IMG/VR virus record: IMGVR_UViG_3300025000_000041
Reading direction: 5' to 3' (one strand)
Source of the DNA: a virus
Length of the DNA stretch: 39,671 bases
Every line of letters starts with the position of its first letter. The stretch's first letter is position 1. Below the pieces are notes generated by a model. That model was not told where the DNA came from, searched no databases, and was given only the letters and a program-made list of their open reading frames with translations. Position numbers and translations under genes: made by a program. Below are positions 1-8,259 of this stretch, one piece after another.

Positions 1-83
1 GCAACGCTCGGGTGTCCGGCAACGCTCGGGTGTACGGCGACGCTCGGGTGTCCGGCAACGCTCGGGTGTCCGGCAACGCTTGG
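1..83 (+). repeat. 18-bp tandem repeat (hexapeptide-coding units), continuation of 39567..39671
   Basis: Units AAC/GAC-GCT-CGG/TGG-GTG-TCC/TAC-GGC read directly at 3-20, 21-38, 39-56, 57-74, with a degenerate unit from 75. Confidence 0.9.
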
Positions 84-287
84 GATAAATCCCCGCTCTA
101 CATCCAGGGTTCACTTTATGCTCTAACCAACTGTAAATATGGCTACGTGCGAATTGGTTGCGAGGAACATTCATTCAAGGAGTGGGAGAAAGACGGTAAG
201 AAAATCGCGGCCAAGCATAGTTTTACCAAAGAGCAGATTGCCGAGTATGCCGAGTATATCAAGTTATTCAAGAAGGTTGGCAAATGA
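1..287 (+). CDS. 3' part of hexapeptide-repeat protein (gene split by the window boundary; 5' part at 39429..39671)
   Basis: Frame is open from nt 3 ([27 protein letters not shown]...), with stop TGA at 285-287. Same 18-nt unit and same frame as the ORF that runs off the window end. Non-repetitive C-terminal ~65 aa ([10 protein letters not shown]...[11 protein letters not shown]...). Confidence 0.8.
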   Translation, partial: NARVSGNARVYGDARVSGNARVSGNAWDKSPLYIQGSLYALTNCKYGYVRIGCEEHSFKEWEKDGKKIAAKHSFTKEQIAEYAEYIKLFKKVGK

Positions 288-862
288 CCCTCCGCACCAT
301 AACCGCCGTGGGATGCAGCATCCTACTGATAACCCTCTGCTACCGCCAGCACGAGCGCATCACCGTCCTTGAGGGTCAGCGGGCGACCATGCTCAGGGAA
401 CTCCGCGGCAAGGCGTGGGAGCTGGATCGCGTCAAGGCTGTCAAGCCCGAACTCGCCGAGTTGCGCTTCATGGCCGAGGTGTTCCGTGCGAACAGCCGCA
501 ACATCTACCGCGTGAGCAAGGCCGCTTACAAGTGGGGCAAGCACTACGCCATCTCGCCGTACCTGATTATGAGTGTCGCGCATAGGGAGAGCAACTTCAA
601 TCCGAGGGCGGTGTCCAGCGTCGGGGCCATCGGCATCATGCAGATCATGCCCAAAGTGTGGGGCTTAAACCCCTACAAATTAGAGGATATAGACTACAAC
701 GTCCAGCATGGGGCGCGGATTTTGAAGCACTATCAGGACCGGTATGGTTCAACCGACAGGTTGCTCTTCCACTACTGGGGCGGCAACAACGACAGGCACG
801 GGTACGGGTATCCGTCGAAAGTTTTAGGTTCAAAATACTTCAACGTGGAGGTGGGGGGGTGA
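284..862 (+). CDS. Lytic transglycosylase (SLT-domain) with N-terminal membrane/signal-anchor segment
   Basis: 192 aa. SLT signature AHRESNFNPRAVSSVGAIGIMQIMP (catalytic E-S, GxMQ). N-terminal weakly hydrophobic stretch ITAVGCSILLITLCY. ATG 284 overlaps the upstream stop (ATGA). Confidence 0.85.
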   Translation: MTLRTITAVGCSILLITLCYRQHERITVLEGQRATMLRELRGKAWELDRVKAVKPELAELRFMAEVFRANSRNIYRVSKAAYKWGKHYAISPYLIMSVAHRESNFNPRAVSSVGAIGIMQIMPKVWGLNPYKLEDIDYNVQHGARILKHYQDRYGSTDRLLFHYWGGNNDRHGYGYPSKVLGSKYFNVEVGG

Positions 863-1055
863 AAAAATGTTGTGGGAACTGTGGGTGGGGGAAAAATGAA
901 AATTCCACTGATGGGGAAAATGTGTTTATTTCAATCAAATGTTCTGTGCCAGTAAAAATTCCAAAATCAATAAAAATTCCCAACTCCATGAAGCGGCGAA
1001 ACATGGGGATAATTAACGGTGAATATTGCCCTTGCTGGAAACGCAAGGCCCGCCC
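863..1055 (+). promoter_or_regulatory. A/T-rich intergenic region with short direct repeats (probable regulatory region)
   Basis: No credible ORF. TAAAAATTCC at 953-962 and 971-980, GAAAATTCC at 898-906. GGGG(G)AAAA(A)TG at 887-897 and 913-922. Composition is clearly A/T-richer than the flanks. Confidence 0.45.
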
Positions 1056-1565
1056 ATGACTAGCCACTCCCGCCGACAGTACCAGGCGACGATCCGCTCG
1101 GCGCACCCTGCGGACCTGGCCTACTACCGCCGGGTGCTGGCCGATTGCACCGAGTACCCTTTCGCCGGCGAGGGGTCGACCGCATTGAGCCGCGCGGTGT
1201 GGATGGAGAAAACAGGACAACTGGAGGTTAAACCAATGAACAAGTACAAGCGCTACATGAAGGACCGGGGCTGGCACGCCAAGAAGTTCGCGGCAGAGGT
1301 GGGGGTGAGCGTCAACTCGCTGTACAAGGTTATGACCGGGAGGGGGAGCGGAGCTGCTGAGCGTAAGGTGCGATGGTATATGGAGACGAACCCGGCGGGC
1401 TTCACGCGCTTGCCGTCACTGGAACAGCTCGCCGCGGAAGTCAGCCCGCGCACCGATGGGCCGGTTGACATCACCCGTGCCCGCGCCGTCATGGGCTGGG
1501 CAACCGACATGATCGACTCCGGCAAAGTCAAGTCAATCGAGATCCGCATGGAGGTGGGGGAGTGA
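1056..1565 (+). CDS. Helix-turn-helix DNA-binding protein
   Basis: HTH-like segment WHAKKFAAEVGVSVNSLYKVMTG. Strong third-position G/C bias from ATG 1056. An alternative internal start at ATG 1236 has a good GGAGG (1223-1227), so the start is uncertain. Confidence 0.55.
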   Translation: MTSHSRRQYQATIRSAHPADLAYYRRVLADCTEYPFAGEGSTALSRAVWMEKTGQLEVKPMNKYKRYMKDRGWHAKKFAAEVGVSVNSLYKVMTGRGSGAAERKVRWYMETNPAGFTRLPSLEQLAAEVSPRTDGPVDITRARAVMGWATDMIDSGKVKSIEIRMEVGE

Positions 1566-1915
1566 AAAAGAAAACATCATCTGTCGAGGTTGAAATGGTT
1601 GAGTCGCTCAGGCACGTATGCTTGCATCTGCGGTCATTGGTGGCTATGGAATTTCCACCGGTCGACGTTCGCCGCAGTTGGGTTGAAACAGATTTCCTTT
1701 TCAGTGAGTTCGCGGCGCTTATCGCCCGCCTGATTGCAAAAAACAACAAGCAGGAAATGGACAACCTCAAATGGCGCATCGTCATGTTGGAGGAAGCGGC
1801 GAGGAAGATTTATCCTCCAACCGAAATGAAGCGCGAGGTGAACGTGCATCTTGCCGATTGCACAACAGTCAGTATGAACTTTTCAACCAAGAAGAAGAAG
1901 CGGAGCGGCAAATGA
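1562..1915 (+). CDS. Hypothetical protein
   Basis: 117-aa ORF. GTG start overlaps the upstream stop (GTGA). GGAGG at 1550-1554. Confidence 0.6.
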   Translation: MKKKTSSVEVEMVESLRHVCLHLRSLVAMEFPPVDVRRSWVETDFLFSEFAALIARLIAKNNKQEMDNLKWRIVMLEEAARKIYPPTEMKREVNVHLADCTTVSMNFSTKKKKRSGK

Positions 1916-2148
1916 CTATCCAAGAAATCAAATCAATACCGACGTGCCTTGCGATAACAAACGGGTCGCCGAAATCATGGCCGAGCTATAGTGGGCAGGT
2001 TCATGAAAGCGTGTTGCGCTCATACCACCTTTTGAGAAAAACAAAGGAGTGGCTGGCTGGCGGGGTTCCTGGGCAATATGTCCTTGAAATGATTGCTGAC
2101 ATCGAGGACGCCCCTACAGCCGATCCTTACGTTGTGGGGGACAGATGA
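1912..2148 (+). CDS. Hypothetical protein
   Basis: ATG 1912 overlaps the upstream stop (ATGA). 78 aa. The longer in-frame extension to 1771 would overlap the previous gene. Confidence 0.6.
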   Translation: MTIQEIKSIPTCLAITNGSPKSWPSYSGQVHESVLRSYHLLRKTKEWLAGGVPGQYVLEMIADIEDAPTADPYVVGDR

Positions 2149-2384
2149 CCTTCAACCAGTACATCCTATCGCTCGGCATCGTTGACAGCGAGCAGTACAG
2201 CGTCAAGGAGGTGGCGGGGAAGCTCGACCTGGCGCCAAGCACCATCGAGTACTGGTGCCATGTCGGCCTCAGGCTCGATAACTCCAGGGTGCCAATTACG
2301 CTCACCCATTTTTACAAAGGGCGGTGCATGACGATCCCTGGAAAATGCCTGATAGACTTCCTCAGGCGCAGGAACGATAACTAA
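2145..2384 (+). CDS. Excisionase-family/MerR-like HTH DNA-binding protein
   Basis: 79 aa. YSVKEVAGKLDLAPSTIEYWCHVG matches the HTH_17-type pattern. ATGA overlap with the upstream gene. Confidence 0.6.
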   Translation: MTFNQYILSLGIVDSEQYSVKEVAGKLDLAPSTIEYWCHVGLRLDNSRVPITLTHFYKGRCMTIPGKCLIDFLRRRNDN

Positions 2385-2391
2385 GCACATC

Positions 2392-2468
2392 TTTCACAAC
2401 TTTCACAACTGGCCCAACAAGGGTTGTCTTTCACAAACGCAATAACTGATTAGCCCCCATCATGGGGG
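2392..2468 (+). promoter_or_regulatory. Direct repeats TTTCACAA(C) x3 plus a perfect palindrome covering the next gene's SD
   Basis: TTTCACAAC at 2392-2400 and 2401-2409 (tandem), TTTCACAA at 2429-2436. CCCCCAT-C-ATGGGGG at 2454-2468, ending 1 nt before ATG 2470. Confidence 0.45.
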
Positions 2469-2469
2469 T

Positions 2470-2847
2470 ATGATTTACATCAAGCCCGGGGTTGTATTCA
2501 AGGAGTTCAATCCGTACTTCTTTGAGTTCATCCTTGCGTTAGAGGCTTGCTCCAAGCGGTTCAGCTGCCCGTACAGGGTTACTTCAGCTAACGACGGCAA
2601 GCACCGCAAGAACAGCTACCATTATCGTAACACTGCATGGGACATTGGTCTGCATGAATTTTCCCCGGGTCACTGGTACGTCCTGCAGGCCGCTTTAATC
2701 ACCCATCTCCCGCCCTACTTCGACATCCTCATTGAAGGCATCGGGACGGAGAATCTGCATCTCCACGCGGAAGCGGATCTGTCGAAGGTCGCCGAGTTCA
2801 TCCTGGTTGCCGACGACGTGCGCGACCACGCAGAGGGGGCGTCATGA
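2470..2847 (+). CDS. Peptidase M15-like (zinc D,D-/L,D-peptidase fold) candidate cell-wall hydrolase
   Basis: 125 aa. SYHYRNTAWDI resembles the S-x-H-x2-G-x-A-x-D zinc motif, and a second His cluster LHLHAE lies near the C-terminus. Confidence 0.5.
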   Translation: MIYIKPGVVFKEFNPYFFEFILALEACSKRFSCPYRVTSANDGKHRKNSYHYRNTAWDIGLHEFSPGHWYVLQAALITHLPPYFDILIEGIGTENLHLHAEADLSKVAEFILVADDVRDHAEGAS

Positions 2848-3011
2848 TCTCCTGGCTCAGGCGGTTGCGCAACCTCGAATTGGCGTTCTCGGTTCACAAC
2901 GAGGACATCGAGAATCTCAAGGAGCGTGTGGAGGCCATCGAGGAAACGAGAGGCGGCAAGTCGGCCATCGGGTTCACGGTCGACGATGACGAGCCGTTGG
3001 TGGTGATGTGA
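2844..3011 (+). CDS. Hypothetical small protein (55 aa, coiled-coil-like)
   Basis: Not in the ORF track (below its size cutoff). ATG 2844 overlaps the upstream stop. Strong G/C at third codon positions. Stop TGA at 3009-3011. Confidence 0.55.
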   Translation: MISWLRRLRNLELAFSVHNEDIENLKERVEAIEETRGGKSAIGFTVDDDEPLVVM

Positions 3012-3172
3012 TGGGCCAGCACCACCGCGATGGTATCAAGGGTGACGGCTACAAGGCCATCCAGCGCATTGAGCCGAAGCCGCTGCGCATCAAGCCGGCA
3101 CCGATCACCGACAAGTGGATGATCAAGCACGGCTGGGTCAAAGGGGAGGATGGCAAATGGCATCGGCGCTGA
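3011..3172 (+). CDS. Hypothetical small basic protein (53 aa)
   Basis: ATG 3011 overlaps the previous stop (TGATG). Strong third-position G/C bias. Stop TGA at 3170-3172. Confidence 0.55.
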   Translation: MGQHHRDGIKGDGYKAIQRIEPKPLRIKPAPITDKWMIKHGWVKGEDGKWHRR

Positions 3173-3771
3173 AGTCAGCCATCCCCGCCGCGGTCCTGGT
3201 CGCCATGGGCATGGGGTTGCTCGCACTACTCCAGCATTGGGACGGTGCGCTCGACCGCGAGATCGCCGACCTGATGGCCGACCGGGTCATGGCCAAGCAC
3301 CGTGCCGCGCACAACGCCATCATTGCCAAGTACGCCGCGCTCAATGCCGCCAAGGACAAGGACGTGGCGACCTTCAAGCAGGGCAATGGAGCCCTGGCCG
3401 CCAAGGTCGTTGCCAAGCAGCGCGAGTTGAACCTCAAGGACGGCAACCTGGCCGAGACTCGGGCCGCGCTCACCGAGTGCAACCGGTTCCTGGGCGAGGT
3501 CAGCTACGAGTACAGCCAACGCCTGCTCCTGGCCGACCAGCTGCGCCTGGAGCAACTGGCCATCAAGGATGCGGAGATCGCCGAGTGGCGGGCGCGGGAT
3601 GAGGCGAATATCAGCACCATTGGGAAATTGACCAAGCAGATTGTAATTGCAACTTCAAAATCAAGTCGCAAGTTGATCATCGGCCCCCAGGTGGGCTACG
3701 GCATCAACGGCGGGTACGTTGGGATCGGGGCAACGATCAAGTTTTTCGCGCTGAGGGCGCCAGGGCAGTGA
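3157..3771 (+). CDS. N-terminally membrane-anchored coiled-coil protein (possible Rz/i-spanin-like)
   Basis: ATG 3157 is preceded by GGGGAGGA. TM segment AIPAAVLVAMGMGLLALL, a long Ala/Lys/Glu-rich helical region, and a Gly-rich hydrophobic C-terminus. Lies downstream of the M15-like gene. Confidence 0.4.
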   Translation: MASALKSAIPAAVLVAMGMGLLALLQHWDGALDREIADLMADRVMAKHRAAHNAIIAKYAALNAAKDKDVATFKQGNGALAAKVVAKQRELNLKDGNLAETRAALTECNRFLGEVSYEYSQRLLLADQLRLEQLAIKDAEIAEWRARDEANISTIGKLTKQIVIATSKSSRKLIIGPQVGYGINGGYVGIGATIKFFALRAPGQ

Positions 3772-4304
3772 AGCTCACCCCCAAGCAGGAGCGGTTCATC
3801 CAGGAGTACCTGGTTGACCTGAATGCTACCCAGGCGGCAATCAGGGCGGGGTACAGTGAAAAATCAGCGGAGCGCATTGGGTTTGAACTACTCAAGAAAA
3901 GTCTAGTTTCACAAGCCATCGCCAAGGCCCAGGCCAAGACCGCAAACAGGTTGGAGATAACCCGTGAGCGGTGGGTTGCCGAGCTGGCCCGCATTTTTTT
4001 TGCCGACATGAAGGACTATGTGGACATCGACCCAGATACAGGCGGCATTCGCGCCAGGGGCTATGACGATATGCCGGATGGCGGTGGAAAGGTTGTGGCG
4101 AGCATTAAAGAAAAACGGAGCATCAAAGAGGACTCAAGTGGCAATGATTCAATTATCTATTCTCAATTTGAGTTCAAATTACATGACAAGTTAAAGGCCG
4201 GAGAGTTACTTGGAAAACATTTGGGGTTCTTGAAAGAAAAGGTTGAGCTGTCCACCCCCGCAGACCGCCACATGGTCATCGAGCACATCCAGGTAAAAGG
4301 ATGA
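3768..4304 (+). CDS. terS: Terminase small subunit (Terminase_2/P27-like)
   Basis: LTPKQERFIQEYLVDLNATQAAIRAGYS is the characteristic N-terminal HTH of this family. Lies immediately upstream of terL. Confidence 0.85.
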   Translation: MKLTPKQERFIQEYLVDLNATQAAIRAGYSEKSAERIGFELLKKSLVSQAIAKAQAKTANRLEITRERWVAELARIFFADMKDYVDIDPDTGGIRARGYDDMPDGGGKVVASIKEKRSIKEDSSGNDSIIYSQFEFKLHDKLKAGELLGKHLGFLKEKVELSTPADRHMVIEHIQVKG

Positions 4305-5479
4305 TCAGGCTCCAGCTGTCTACGCACTTCTCCCCGCTGCTGGACAACCGCCACCGCTACCTGGTCCTCTGCGGCGGGCGCGGCTCGGGCAAATCGGAGT
4401 TCGCCGCTCGCAAAATCCTCTATCGTTGCATGAAGGAAGGCAATCACCGCTTCCTGGTCCTGCGCAAGGTCCGTGCCAGTTGCAAGGACAGTGTCATCCG
4501 CGTCTTCCATGAGCTGCTTGCCGCGAACGAAATCAAGCACGAGTGGAATAAGACCGACCGGGTCATCTCATTCGACGGCAACGAGATCCTGTTCAACGGC
4601 ATGGATGACCCCGAGAAGATCAAGTCGATCAAGGGGATCACCGGGATCTGGATCGAGGAAGCGACCGAGTTCACCCTGCAGGACTTCATAGCCATCGACC
4701 TTGTACTGCGTGAGGCTGGCCCCGAGTACCTACAGATCATGCTGTCGTTCAACCCCGATGAGGCGCAAGCCCCGTGGCTCAAGGAGCGGTTCTTTGATAC
4801 CAAGGACGCCGACGCCTTAGTCGATGTCTCCACGGTCGAGCACAACCCCATCAAGGAGATCCGCGAGGCATACACCAAGCGCCTGGACCTGATCGATGAC
4901 GAAGCCCTGCGCAAGATGTACCGCTTCGGCGTCTGGGCCGCAGTCCGTGGCCGCATCTATAACTGGGACGTCCAGCCCCTGCCAGATGACATGGCCTGGG
5001 ATGACGTATGGTACGGCCTCGACTTCGGGTTCTCCGTCGACCCTGCCGCGTGCGTGAAGATCTACCGCAAGGCCGATGTGTACTGGCTGCAGGAGATACT
5101 CTATCAGACCGGCATGACCAATGCCGACCTCGCCGCCGCCTTGAAGGCAAAGGGCGTGGCTGGTTCCCTGGTCGTTTGCGACTCGGCAGAGATGAAGTCG
5201 GTCGAGGAATTGCGCCAGGCCGGGATCTGCGCTGTCGGTGCGGAGAAAGGCCCGGAGTCGGTGAAGGCTGGCATCGACCTTTGCAAGTCCAGGACCGTCC
5301 ACATCACCCCCGAGTCGACCAACGGCATTGCCGAGTCTCGGACCTACAAGTGGAAAGAGGATGGCAACGGGAACGCCCTACCCATGCCTGTCAAGTACAA
5401 GGATCACTTCCTCGACGCCGCCCGATACGGGATCACCTTCAACGCTTTCCGGGCGCAACCCAACCTGTGGAGGCTGTAA
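4301..5479 (+). CDS. terL: Terminase large subunit (PBSX/Terminase_3-like)
   Basis: Walker A LCGGRGSGKS, Walker B-like IWIEEA, and C-terminal nuclease-type acidic residues (GLDFGF, CDSAE, HFLDAARY). Confidence 0.9.
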   Translation: MIRLQLSTHFSPLLDNRHRYLVLCGGRGSGKSEFAARKILYRCMKEGNHRFLVLRKVRASCKDSVIRVFHELLAANEIKHEWNKTDRVISFDGNEILFNGMDDPEKIKSIKGITGIWIEEATEFTLQDFIAIDLVLREAGPEYLQIMLSFNPDEAQAPWLKERFFDTKDADALVDVSTVEHNPIKEIREAYTKRLDLIDDEALRKMYRFGVWAAVRGRIYNWDVQPLPDDMAWDDVWYGLDFGFSVDPAACVKIYRKADVYWLQEILYQTGMTNADLAAALKAKGVAGSLVVCDSAEMKSVEELRQAGICAVGAEKGPESVKAGIDLCKSRTVHITPESTNGIAESRTYKWKEDGNGNALPMPVKYKDHFLDAARYGITFNAFRAQPNLWRL

Positions 5480-7581
5480 TGAGTTTTCTGAGCCGCCTAT
5501 TCCGTCCCGAGAAAAAGAACAACCCCGCGCACGTGGTCATCAATGCTGCCAACTACCAGCCGGTGGTGTGGACGGACAAGTCGTTCGCCGACTTGAGCGA
5601 GGCGGGATACAAGAACTGCATGGCGGTGTTCTCATGCGTGAACCTTATCGCCAAGACCGCTTCAGCCATCGAGTTTCAGCTTGAGGACCGCAACGAGAAG
5701 GAGATACTGAAGCACCCGCTCCTCGACCTAGTGAACCGGCCCAACCGGCAGGAGAGCAAGCGGGCGTTGCTGACCAAGTTCGTCTCCTACCTGCTGCTCA
5801 ACGGCAACGCCTACCCCCTGGTGGTGAAGGTCGGCAATGAGCCGCGGTTCATCTACTCCCTGCGCCCCGACCGGGTGACGGTGCTGCCCGGGTCAGGTTT
5901 TGAACTGGTCAGGGGCTATCGGTACACCGTTGGCGGCGAGGCCAAGGACTTTTTGATCGGCAGCCGTGACCACGACGTGCGGCAGTTGAAGCTGTTTCAT
6001 CCGCTCGATGATTACTACGGTTACGGCATGGTGGCTGCTGCATCCCGGGGTGTGGATATTGCCAACCTCGCCGATGAGTGGAATGCCAAGCTGCTGACCA
6101 ATGACATGAAGCCCGCGGGCATCCTCGCGTTCAAGGGGACCATGACCGACCAGCAGCGGGCCTATCTGAAGCAGCAGTGGGGTGAGGAATACGGCGGCTC
6201 AATGAACGCCGGCAAGACCATCGTCACCGAGGGCGACAGCACCTACACCCATCTCTCATTCTCCCAAAAGGAAATGGACTGGCTGACCGGCGACAAGGTC
6301 AACAGCCGCAAGATCTGTTCCGTGTTTGGCGTGGCGCCTGAGCTCATCGGCGACAGCGAGGCGAAGACCTACAGCAACTACCAGGAGGCCCGCCGCGCAC
6401 TGTACACCGAGGCCGTGCTGCCAATGATGAACCTCATCGTGGATGAGTTCAACGCCTGGCTGGTCCCCATGTACGGGGAGAACCTAGTGCTGAAGCTCGA
6501 CACCGAGGCCATCGAGGCATTGCAGGAGGACCGGGCGCAGAAGTTCCTGTACCTGAGCAATGCCAACTTCCTGACCGTGAACGAGAAGCGCCTGGCCCTG
6601 GGCTACGGCGAGCTCGGCCCCGAGGGTGACGTGGTGCTGCTGCCCTACGGTCTGCAACCGCTGGAGCGGGCGATAGAGGAACCGGAGCCTGTCCCTGCGG
6701 CGCTACGTGACCCTCAGGGCGACGAAGACGAGGACATTGATGAAGAAGATAGCGAGGATGGGGCCAAAAGCGCCACTGTGGGCCGCAAGGGCTCATTTTG
6801 GGCCGCCCGTGAGCGCAAGGAGCAACTCTGGAAGACCTTCGAGCAGCGGGTGAAGGTGCGGGAGCGGTCCTTCGAGCACATGGCCAAGTCCTACCTTGCC
6901 AAGCAAGCCGACGAGGTACGCAAGAAGGTTGCCGTTGCCAGTGACCTGATGCACCTGGAGGCCTACGATATCCTCGACATCGAGGTCGAGGCCAAGCGGT
7001 ACGTCAAGCACTTCTGGCCGTGGTACAGGGACCATTTCCGCAGGGCGATGGAAGCCGGTATGCGGGCGAGCAAGGGCGAGTTGTTCGACGACACCGAGCA
7101 GAAGGATTCATCCTCGTGGGTCTCCTACATGAACGACGAACTGGAGGCCGAGCTGCGCGACCTAGTGTTCAACTCGGGTACTCAGGTCAACAAGTCGGCG
7201 CTGGAGAAGATCTTCCAGGAACTGAAGACCGCCAACGCCAACAATATGACGGTCAACGAGTTTGCGCAGAGCATCTACGAGAAGCTGGAAGACTTCACGC
7301 CGTGGAAGGCGAGGTTGTGGGCAAGGACTGAATCAGCCCGCACCGATAATTTCGGCCTAGTCCAGGGCTACAAACAGACCGAGTTTGTGACCAAGAAAGG
7401 GTGGATGTGTTCATTCGTTCCTGAAAGCCGCGACGATCACATGATGGCTGACGGCCAAGCGGTTCTACTTGACGAAGACTTTTACGTTGGCGGCGAGCAC
7501 ATCAAGCACCCTGGCGACGGCTCACCCGGTAACGCCTGCAACTGCCTATGTTCAACATACCCCGTAGTGCCGGAACTCTAG
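5479..7581 (+). CDS. Portal protein (HK97-family type) fused to a C-terminal MuF/SPP1 gp7-like minor head domain
   Basis: ATG 5479 overlaps the terL stop. The N-terminus AVFSCVNLIAKTASAIEF...HPLLDLVNRPNRQ...LLLNGNAYPLVV is portal-like. Acidic linker DEDEDIDEEDSEDG. The C-terminus WARTESARTDNFG...HPGDGSPGNACNCLCS is MuF-like. Confidence 0.85.
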   Translation: MSFLSRLFRPEKKNNPAHVVINAANYQPVVWTDKSFADLSEAGYKNCMAVFSCVNLIAKTASAIEFQLEDRNEKEILKHPLLDLVNRPNRQESKRALLTKFVSYLLLNGNAYPLVVKVGNEPRFIYSLRPDRVTVLPGSGFELVRGYRYTVGGEAKDFLIGSRDHDVRQLKLFHPLDDYYGYGMVAAASRGVDIANLADEWNAKLLTNDMKPAGILAFKGTMTDQQRAYLKQQWGEEYGGSMNAGKTIVTEGDSTYTHLSFSQKEMDWLTGDKVNSRKICSVFGVAPELIGDSEAKTYSNYQEARRALYTEAVLPMMNLIVDEFNAWLVPMYGENLVLKLDTEAIEALQEDRAQKFLYLSNANFLTVNEKRLALGYGELGPEGDVVLLPYGLQPLERAIEEPEPVPAALRDPQGDEDEDIDEEDSEDGAKSATVGRKGSFWAARERKEQLWKTFEQRVKVRERSFEHMAKSYLAKQADEVRKKVAVASDLMHLEAYDILDIEVEAKRYVKHFWPWYRDHFRRAMEAGMRASKGELFDDTEQKDSSSWVSYMNDELEAELRDLVFNSGTQVNKSALEKIFQELKTANANNMTVNEFAQSIYEKLEDFTPWKARLWARTESARTDNFGLVQGYKQTEFVTKKGWMCSFVPESRDDHMMADGQAVLLDEDFYVGGEHIKHPGDGSPGNACNCLCSTYPVVPEL

Positions 7582-7589
7582 GAGGAGAC

Positions 7590-8246
7590 ATGGAGACCAA
7601 AGATTTCAAATTCAGCTTGAGCAAGGTGGACGACGAGGCCGGGACATTCGACGGCTACGCTTCCGTGTTCGGCGTGACCGATTCCTACAACGACGTGGTC
7701 GAGGTCGGGGCGTTCAAGAAGACACTGAAGGAGAACAAGGAGTTCCCGCTGCTCTGGTCCCACGACCCCGCGCTACCCATCGGCATCATCCGTGGCGAGG
7801 AAGACGGCAAAGGCCTCAAGGTCCATGGCGACCTGAACCTGGAGGTCGAGGCCGCCCGGGAGAAGCGCAGCCTGATCAAGCAGGGCGCCATCAAGGGGAT
7901 GAGCATAGGGTACGAGGCGATCAAGGCTCCCTACGATGACGCCGATAAGGTGCGCCGGCTGAAGGAGATCCGCTTGTGGGAGATCTCCCTGGTCGTGTTC
8001 CCCGCCAATCGCAAAGCCACTGTCACCAACGTCAAGACCGTCGCCGAGCTGGGCGACGTTCTGGAGAATATCTTGTCACTCAAGGCACTGACCAAAGAAC
8101 AGAGCGAACTGGCCGTCAAGGCCATGAAGCATATCGAGACACTACTGAAGGGCCAGCCGGCAGCCGCCACTGTGCTCGACCAGGAGCCGTCCTTGGAGCC
8201 GTTATTCGCTGCGGTTAAGCGTTTCAGCGAACAGATCGAAATCTAA
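7590..8246 (+). CDS. Prohead protease (HK97 family)
   Basis: FDGYASVFGVTDSYNDVVEVGAFKKTL...PLLWSHD...PIGII...GLKV pattern. RBS GGAGGAG at 7581-7587. Lies between the portal and capsid genes. Confidence 0.9.
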   Translation: METKDFKFSLSKVDDEAGTFDGYASVFGVTDSYNDVVEVGAFKKTLKENKEFPLLWSHDPALPIGIIRGEEDGKGLKVHGDLNLEVEAAREKRSLIKQGAIKGMSIGYEAIKAPYDDADKVRRLKEIRLWEISLVVFPANRKATVTNVKTVAELGDVLENILSLKALTKEQSELAVKAMKHIETLLKGQPAAATVLDQEPSLEPLFAAVKRFSEQIEI

Positions 8247-8259
8247 CAAGGAGAAACAA

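Noticed and set aside
139-1059. Alternative-frame ORFs 139-372, 323-583 (minus), 645-833 (minus) and 658-1059
   Set aside because: They overlap the hexapeptide-repeat and SLT genes or run through the A/T-rich gap. They have no RBS and atypical composition, and they contradict the SLT motif frame.
3115-3156. Longer GTG-initiated version of the membrane coiled-coil gene (start 3115)
   Set aside because: It would overlap 58 nt of the well-biased 53-aa ORF ending at 3172. ATG 3157 has a strong GGGGAGGA RBS at the proper distance.
5008-5478. In-frame upstream extension making the portal ORF 857 aa
   Set aside because: The extension lies wholly inside terL in another frame and translates to Arg/Pro/Gly-rich nonsense. 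ATG 5479 overlaps the terL stop and begins a typical portal N-terminus.
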